From positions 69,499 through 96,698 of the IMG/VR virus record IMGVR_UViG_3300045125_000089: a DNA stretch of 27,200 bases. One strand, written 5' to 3'. The first letter of the stretch is position 1. Each line of letters opens with the position of its first letter. Positions 19,974-27,200 of the stretch are shown piece by piece. The position numbers and the translations under genes are program-made. The notes beneath the pieces were generated by a model, which was given only the letters and a program-made list of their open reading frames with translations, ran no database searches and had not been told where the DNA came from. The DNA comes from a virus.

Positions 19974-20849
19974 TTATTTGATATTTTTCAACTCTTTGAT
20001 AAGTTCATAACTCAACATTAGTGCCATGATTTGATTTTCCTTTACCAGAGTTCCTTTTGTAATCTTATCCAACTGATTTAGTGTTTCATCCAGTTTGATT
20101 TTTACAACTTCATTATTTACTTTGCTCTTTAGCTCATCTATCTGCTTTCTTACTTCAGGTACTTCAGCATTGATATATTCACGCAAAGAGTTGGTATTGC
20201 TTACATTATTGATATATTCACGTATAAGAACCTTTTGCTTTTCATCAAGGCTCTTGTATTTTTCATTGAACGAGTCAACCAGCAACTTATAAGCAAGCAA
20301 TCTAACATCTTCATTTTGCTGTTGATATACCTTGATAAGGTCTTTCTTTTCTTCTTCAGATATGACTCTTGTTGGTGTTTTGGCAGCAGCAATATTTTCA
20401 ACAATGCAGTTTCTGGCTTTGAACATTTCGCGTGGGTCGCTTTCTACTTCATTGACATTATCTTCAAATACCTTGTATATGCTTGCCAGCAACTTATAGT
20501 TTGAAATGCTGCCCTTTAGAAAATCATCAAGTGGATAATATTGCTTGATTTCCTTGATAAGTTCATACTTTTGAAGATTCAATGAACGCTCATTTAGTTT
20601 CTTTCGTGTACGCAATACAGTATCCAATAATCTATCAGCAGAAGCTTGGTCTTTTGTCTTTTCTTCTATAATGACGCGATATAATGCATTTTCTCTGCCC
20701 AGTTCAGTAGACTCTGAGAAATATTTACGTAAAATATTATTGGCCTTTGAGTCATCTTTTCCATTTAGTATATCGGCGGTGACTTGGCGAACAAGTAGTT
20801 CAAATAATATACCCGCATTCTTATACTTGGAGTGTTTCAGCTTCTTCAT
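19974..20849 (-). CDS. Hypothetical 291-aa helical protein directly downstream of the portal
   Basis: Intact ORF starting MKKLKHSKYKNAGILFELLVRQVTADIL, with ATATTTATA 14 nt upstream. Confidence 0.8.
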   Translation of the reverse strand: MKKLKHSKYKNAGILFELLVRQVTADILNGKDDSKANNILRKYFSESTELGRENALYRVIIEEKTKDQASADRLLDTVLRTRKKLNERSLNLQKYELIKEIKQYYPLDDFLKGSISNYKLLASIYKVFEDNVNEVESDPREMFKARNCIVENIAAAKTPTRVISEEEKKDLIKVYQQQNEDVRLLAYKLLVDSFNEKYKSLDEKQKVLIREYINNVSNTNSLREYINAEVPEVRKQIDELKSKVNNEVVKIKLDETLNQLDKITKGTLVKENQIMALMLSYELIKELKNIK

Positions 20850-20897
20850 ATATTTTTATTATTTATAAATATGTTATTACGTGATAAAAACTCCATT

Positions 20898-23812
20898 TTA
20901 CTGCTGTTTGTCTTCTTCTATTAGGTTTGACTCATCCAATATAGACTTTTTTCAGTTATAACTTGCTTGTGCTTATTATTATATCGTGTTTTCAATGCAG
21001 TTTTTATATTCTTCAAATCTTCATCCATTGATAATGCACCGCCTCTGTATATATGACGTGTAGAACGGTCTGTTCTTGATTTTTCTTTATTTTCTTTGTT
21101 GCCAAGCGGGTCTTCACCAAAAATCTTGGTATGAGACGATGTATATTTTTCCTTGTTTCCTGTTTGGTCTCTGTTTCCGCGTTCACGGTCTTTGCGGGTT
21201 TCTTCTTCAAGCGGAGGCAATCCGCCCTCTTCTCCGCCACCGCCACCCGCCTCTTCGCCACCTCCGCCGCCAAGGTCTCCACCTCCGCCACCAAGGTCTG
21301 ACGGACCTTCTTCTCCCATCTTTTGGTTGCTTGCAGCAGGGTCATTGCCTTCGGAACTAATCTGTTCCATACGCCACGCCTGCTTTTTGTCCTTGATTAC
21401 ATCCAGTTGTACTTCTTCAACTTCATCTTCAGACAAGTTGAATACTTGGTTGTATATCCACTTCTTGCTAAACTATGTTTGCTTTCTATCATATCTGACG
21501 CAAGGCTGATTTTGTTAGACCATATTTCCAACTTTTCTTGTTCAAATATTGTGCTTGGGTTGCTTAGTTCAAGTTCAAAATCAACAAGCGAAGCATCCTG
21601 ATAGCCCTGCACATACAAATGTACCACAGCGATTTTAGTTAGTTCAGATACAATGATGCGTTGTATTCTGCCTATAGTGCGTGAAAATCTAACATCTTCA
21701 GCAGCAAGTGTTGCCTTACCAGACAATCCTTCTTCATATCCAAGAAATGCCTTTGGTATTTTTAGTGCCGCCATCATCTTGTTGCGAATATATTCCAAAT
21801 CGTCAATGCCAGTAAAATCCATACTTGAGCAATGTATCTATGTTTGTTCCACTATCACTGCCACGAACTGGTAGATAAAAGTCTTCTACCATATTGTTCA
21901 AGTTGAAACGCAGATTATAATCACCAGTACGTTCATCAATATATGGAACTTTCTTTACTTGGCTGATGATTTTCTGCATTGCCGTATCAATATCAGCGGG
22001 AGGAATATTTCCAACATCTACTTTGAATATACGCTTTTCTGGTGCACGCATGATGCGATGAATAAGCATTGCGTCTTCCATCAAACTTAGTTGCTTCCAT
22101 ACACGGCGTGCTGGTTCAATCATGCTTTTACCATATGGCAAAAAGTTACTATCACTTAGCAGGCGAAAATGTGCGATTTCAAAGTTTTCATATTCCATAC
22201 CACCACCCATACCATCGTGTTGATACTTTACATAGTTGATATTTTGAGGATCACTTTGCCTTCTATGCGTGTGATTTCATATGGACTGATGGGATGTACA
22301 ACAAACACACCATATTCTGGCGAGATTTCAAGACGTAGGAAAAAATCGCCATACTTGCACATATTACGTGTCCAACTCCACATATTGAACTCAACATTCA
22401 AGATGTCATAGAACAAGTTTTCCAAAATCTTCTTTATGTTTTCATTCTTGCTGCGTATGGTCAATACTTGACCAAACTCACTTGGCACCAGACATTCGTC
22501 ACTATATATGTCTAGTGCAGAAGCGATGATAGTCCATATCCATAGTATTGTGAACGAAGCACGAATCCGTAGCGAAATTTTGATACTTTTCCACCGTTAC
22601 GTCATATACTTCGCTCTCCGATGCATTCAATTGATACAATCGTGTGGTTTAACGTACTTTCAATTTCATTTTTGAAAGTCTTCCAAGATATGTTGTTGGA
22701 TTGAAGACGGTTTTCAAATGTTGAAAAATCACACCCAACATCATTAATCAACTCTATTTTGTCAACTTTCCATTATTTTTGTAGAACTCGATTGCTGCTA
22801 CTCTAAACTCATCTATGGACAATCCGTCACGATAGTTTCGATTCCTTGTTCCAGACTGTTTCGTTTTCAAACGACGCTTTAATGATTTTTTTGGACGCTT
22901 CACGTTTGATTTTTCTGAATGCACTTTTTACCATAAAATGGATTATTTTTTCCAACTCTTTTACCATTCCATCTGTGGATATTACGCTTTTTATTTCCCT
23001 CCCCACGGCCAACAATTGCTTCTTCTGTTCTCCGGCCCCATATCTTCTCATTGTTTATTCTCGCATGATATGCACGATGTTCTGCGTCATTCATAATGAC
23101 CAAATTATCTGGAAGATTGTTCTTTTTGTTGAAATCTTTGTGGTGAACGACCTCTTTATCACTCAATTTTCTTCAAACTGCTCTGCGACAATTCTGTGCT
23201 CGGATTGCCATCCTTTGCTAAAATTGTATAAACTTCTATATCCGTTGTCATAAAAGTCTTTTTGATAGAACGGCATAAACTGACTTCTCCTACCAATTCT
23301 TCTAGTTTTTTGTATTCTCCATTTCTCATCAAAAATGGATGCCCAGCGCTACCGATTACATATTGACCCGTCCAATGTAACTTCCAACATTTACGTGCTC
23401 CACCCTCTTCTTTCTTGGATGATATGCTTTTCCAAGTTTAATTGAATCGGTCTCGTGGTCATAAGAAAATACATAGAATCTTTCGGAGAATTTTGTATTT
23501 CTGTCAGTTCCTTTGATCGTAGGGCGGGTTCCGTCTGGTAAAGGAATAAATCAGTCCGCATCAACGCAGTCATAATCTCTAAACAGTTCAAGACGGCTGG
23601 CTTGATAAGCCATGCTCATGTCACGATTATGAAGATTGAATGTGCTGCTGCGTAAGCGATTGAAACGGTCTCTTAAGACTGTTTCTGTCTGTAGCATATT
23701 GTATTTCATCTGTGTCAACAACCTTTAGTTTCTTGCCGCCCACATTACGAACAATAACGTCCGTAGAAAACATTTTCTTTAGTCTGCTAAATAAGTCTTT
23801 TGTTTCTGCCAT
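20898..23812 (-). CDS. Portal protein (T4 gp20-like) containing an intein; frameshifted
   Basis: RLELFRDYD/TMDMD.IIASALDIYSDEC, RNMCKYGDFF, PYGKSMIEPARRVWKQLSLMEDAMLIHRIMRAPEKRIFKVDVGNIPP, EDFYLPVRG, ALKIPKAFLG, EDVRFSRTI. Acidic Gly-rich tail ending SILDESNLIEEDKQQ-TAA. Confidence 0.95.
22547..23568 (-). mobile_element. Intein (~340 aa) with an HNH endonuclease domain, in the portal gene
   Basis: N-terminus CVDAD..IPLPDGTRPTIKEL; block B-like GSAGHPFLMRNG; HNH part EHRIVAEQF...EVVHHKDFNKKNNLPDNLVIMNDAEHRAYH; C-terminus EVYDVTVEKYQNFATDSCFVHN followed by Thr as the +1 residue. Removing it restores a contiguous portal motif. Confidence 0.92.
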
Positions 23813-23875
23813 AGTCTGTATATATATGAGCGCCTATAGTATAAATATATACCTATAGTATTTTTATAAAATATA

Positions 23876-25524
23876 TTATCGCAATAGCCAAGTTAGGTCT
23901 TCTGGCTTGGCACCGTGCATACCTAGGTCCACCAACGTGCATTTGCCACGGGTTGTTATATACACCGAATGGATTTATGTTTTTTCCGCCATTCAGCGTC
24001 TTCATATTGTTTATCATTTGTTCTGGCGATGCTGCACCTATTCTGTCTATTATTGTGCGTGTAACGCTGTCTGCTTCTTTTCTAAGACGTAATGCTACAT
24101 CTCTTATCCATAAAGATATGCCTATTGCCATAACAAGGTCATCATTATATCCATCCATTGCTTCTGCTTTGGCAGATACTGCTCCGCTTTTCCATATAAA
24201 AACTTGTAGCTCTTCTATAAGCCGCTTGCTGTGTATAATAACTTCTTTGTTTCTAAAATAACTTTCAAGTTTTGATATTAGCAATGGTCTGGACTTGTGT
24301 GATGTAGTAAAGCCGGTGTCATCTTGCGTTCTTCTCTGTTCAACTTGTTGGTCATTTGATTTTCTACATCAACATATTGCAGGTCAGATGAACTATAAAA
24401 AAGATTTGGATAGTTGGCGTCAAGCACTTCTTGTATAACTGCCCAGCCAACATTGGCATTTTCCACAACAAGCAATGCATTGTTATATTCTGTTGCCATT
24501 GTCATAAGTGCTCGGGCATATTCTTTTGTTGGCAACTTGCCTTTATATTCAGCAACTTGCTCCATTGTTTCTATTTCAAGTATCTGAGCAGCACTATAGT
24601 CGCTGGCATCGCCACGAGCAACGTCAGCAGACACCATATATGATTTGCCTGCTTGCGGATATTTGAATATCCAATATCCTTTATCTACACCTCTTTTTCC
24701 AAAGGCTCGCAAACGTGCGTTTTTTCATACCATTGCAATATGGGAATATCTATGACGGTATTGCCAGATGTGCTAAACTCGCAATCACATTCTTGTGCGG
24801 CACCACGTTCGCCAGACAACTTGGTTTGTTCATCTCTCCATTTTTGGTCTCGTTCTGGATGCAGATGCCAAGGCAAACTGATGCGGTTCATATTATTCAA
24901 CCCAGCCTCAGACTCCATCCACATTTTATGAAACCAGTTGCCAACACCATTTGGCGTAGATAGTATGATTGCTTTACCGCCCGTTGATAATGTATATTGA
25001 GCAGACAGCCATATTTCTTCAATATTGTCAATAAATGCGGCTTCGTCAACCACGAGCAAAGACAACGCACTTGAACGGCCAGATGTGCCCGCACTGCTCG
25101 CCGCCTTGATTTCAGAACCATTCTTTAGTTTCAAAGACAGTCTATTGTCTTCAACTGCTAGAACTTTTAGCCAACTTGGTAGATTATCATTTGCAAATCG
25201 TACTTTGGTTACAATCGCTTTTGATGTTTCTTGTGTAATACTCAAGCACAATATCTGCTTGTCTGTATAAAACGTCATAAGCCATAGAGCATATCCAGAT
25301 ACAAGAGTTGTAATACCCATTTGGCGACTCTTTAGAATAATATTCTGGTCGTTATGTACAAAGTCTTCTAACGCTTTATCTTGGAATGGATATGTAAGAA
25401 ATGGCAAAGTTCCTCTGGTAGGATGCTGTATCTTTACATACTTCTTCATAAAGTATATAGGATCCTTTAGACACTTGGCATACTCCAGTTTTATAACATC
25501 TTTCAGGTTTTGTGTAGTAGCCAT
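23876..25524 (-). CDS. terL: Terminase large subunit (T4 gp17-like); frameshifts near 24700, 24285 and 23925
   Basis: Q motif YPFQ, Walker A-like LKSRQMGIT, Walker B LLVVDEAAF, STPNG, nuclease ADVARGDASDYSA, VVENAN and NDDLVMA. Ends PEDLTWLLR-TAA. Confidence 0.95.
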
Positions 25525-25527
25525 ATT

Positions 25528-25899
25528 TTAGTTGTATTTGTATCTGCTATATAATGGCGAAGAATATCCTATATGCACAATGTCTGGTATTTTATCATCC
25601 ACATATTTTCTAAACATTTTGGCAGAAATATCCAATATCTTACCTTCTATTTCCAACCAATCGTGCGGCACTTCATAATCATCATCATAATGTGTAATAA
25701 ACTTACTTGCATATGGTCCATCCAACACAAACAATCCTTCAATCTTGTTTGATTTTATGCCATATTTGAGCAGTTCTTTGCATAGTTCATTTGTCATAGG
25801 AGCACAATATCCTTGTGGATTAGTTGGATATTTGCTTTGTATACGCTGACACAATGCAGATATAAGGTCGTTTTGTGATATAGCATCTGCTAAGTCCAT
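25528..25899 (-). CDS. Hypothetical 123-aa protein with a possible Cys-His-Asp (transglutaminase/papain-like) triad
   Basis: QGYC(helix)...PHDWLEIEGKILDISAKMF matches the C...H-x-W...I-L-D pattern of transglutaminase-like domains. Confidence 0.6.
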   Translation of the reverse strand: MDLADAISQNDLISALCQRIQSKYPTNPQGYCAPMTNELCKELLKYGIKSNKIEGLFVLDGPYASKFITHYDDDYEVPHDWLEIEGKILDISAKMFRKYVDDKIPDIVHIGYSSPLYSRYKYN

Positions 25900-25935
25900 A
25901 TCTAATATATATGGAAGTTATATTATTTTAGTACA

Positions 25936-27154
25936 TCAATTTACAAATTGAGGAATTATTGGACAAAATATATGACTGCCATTGTCTTGGCCATAATTTT
26001 TTCCCAGAGTCCGAAAAAATACAACGTGTTTATCCTTAAAATCTATTATTTTGCAGCCGTGTTTTATGGTTTTTTAAAAACGTAACTTGATTAGTCCAAA
26101 GAGTATTATATAAGTCGTATGTTGATTGTGTGAGTATTTTACTAAATCAAAGCATAGATTAAATTTTTTCTCAAATCGGTATACATTTTTGCGTTTATCA
26201 TACCATTGCTAATTACGGCGTGGATTGGACGTTTTCCATTATGGTCATTAATACAAGATACTAATGAAAAAAGATTTTCGTCATTTTTCCAGTAATCTAA
26301 CAACTTTTGCACAGAATCTGGCTCATATAAAACATAATCGTCTTCGTAATGAACAATATAATCACTTCACACCATTATCAAAAATTAAAATTTCTTCCCA
26401 CGCTTTATAAGAGCCCCCGAAATTAATCACTGGATATATAACTATTCTGGAATCGTGGCGAGTAATTTCTTTTAATTTGTTTATTATTTCATGATGCTCA
26501 AGTTTTTCGGATATTGCGCAAGTTATATAAATTTTATGAATATGCGTGTTCAGCCGATTTATATATTCCATGTTCTTTTTAATGTAAAAAAGATTATCCT
26601 CGTAGTATTTATGATGCGTGACCGCTCTTTTCTCCAAAATATGCGGCTATTGCCAATGATACTGATTTATTTTTTGGGTTTATTAATGACATTATGATAG
26701 AATTGACCCATCCAGATTTTTTCAATACGTCTTGATATTTTTCGCCGTATTTTATGAATCCTAATTTTTCATATAATTTTATGGCTCTAATATTTGTAGC
26801 CAAAACTTCAAGACTTATTTTATTTAAATCATAAAATCCAAACAACAACGGAATAAATTTCTTATATGCTTCCGTAGCATATCCTTTTCTTGTAAATTTA
26901 GGTGCTATATCTGCTCCAATATATATGTTCTTGTTTGCTTTTGAATAATTTGATAATCTAAAATATCCTACACTCTCGTTGATATCATCGTCTTTTATCA
27001 TCCAATAATCCGGATTTGTTGTATTGAACCAGTTGATTGTTTCTTCTAAACTAAATGTTCTGCTATCATCGTAAAAATTCTTCGGCATATGCATTTCTTG
27101 TTTCATTTAAAAACGGCAAATCCGCTTCGGTTATTTTTTGAATGATATGTTCAT
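25936..27154 (-). CDS. GNAT (RimJ/RimL/PseH-like) acetyltransferase apparently fused to a glycosyltransferase-like domain; frameshifted
   Basis: MNISFKKITEADLPFLNETRN...IGADIAPKFTRKGYATEAY...ISLEVLATNIRAIKLYEKLGF (GNAT). It runs without a stop into VSLAIAAYFGE..., NFGGSYKAW...DYIVH.EDDY (DxD-like) and ends near FCPIIPQFVN-TGA. Confidence 0.65.
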
Positions 27155-27200
27155 TACCATCCCTTTCTGATGCAATCGACAATGTGTTGTCTATCATCCT
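27154..27200 (-). CDS. C-terminal 15 codons of an upstream gene, possibly a DegT/DnrJ-family sugar aminotransferase
   Basis: Reads DDRQHIVDCIRKGW-TAA with the stop overlapping the GNAT ATG (TAATG). The tail resembles DegT-family C-termini, but the fragment is too short for a firm call. Confidence 0.35.
   Translation of the reverse strand, partial: DDRQHIVDCIRKGW

Noticed and set aside
1-27200. Dozens of frameshifts suggesting pseudogenes or programmed frameshifting
   Set aside because: They hit essential genes (capsid, portal, terminase) indiscriminately and are mostly 1-nt insertions, often in homopolymers. This is the pattern of uncorrected long-read error.
1-27200. Alternative genetic code (stop-codon reassignment) as the cause of fragmented ORFs
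   Set aside because: The breaks I traced are frame changes rather than in-frame TAG/TGA. Long intact ORFs (291 and 376 aa) read normally, and stitched genes end at sensible TAA/TGA stops.

Overview
This is the virion-morphogenesis region of a large T4-like (gp17/gp20/gp21/gp23-type) tailed phage. Almost all genes are on the - strand. Frequent single-base indels, most likely long-read errors, split most genes across frames, so the CDS coordinates below are frame-stitched by eye and the ends are approximate. In transcription order (right to left) the window holds: the C-terminus of a probable DegT-type aminotransferase; a GNAT/glycosyltransferase-like fusion; a small Cys-His-Asp protein; the large terminase; the portal, which carries an HNH-type intein; several putative head/core proteins; the prohead protease; the scaffold; the major capsid protein; a free-standing GIY-YIG endonuclease; a + strand lysozyme and lipoprotein island; a second endonuclease that has taken over the start of the neck gene; gp13-, gp14- and gp15-like neck/tail-joining genes; and a run of fibre-like genes ending in a long Ser/Thr-rich Gly-X-Y repeat. 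The most unusual observations are: (1) a synonymously recoded duplicate of the neck gene N-terminus (MADTSI) on either side of the inserted endonuclease; (2) a possible plug-and-socket chain of fibre proteins starting from the gp15-like protein; (3) the HNH intein in the portal; (4) an ATATTTATA promoter-like motif that is the reverse complement of the T4 late promoter; (5) structured leaders before the scaffold gene and one fibre gene; (6) a lysozyme with a head-protein-like leader.
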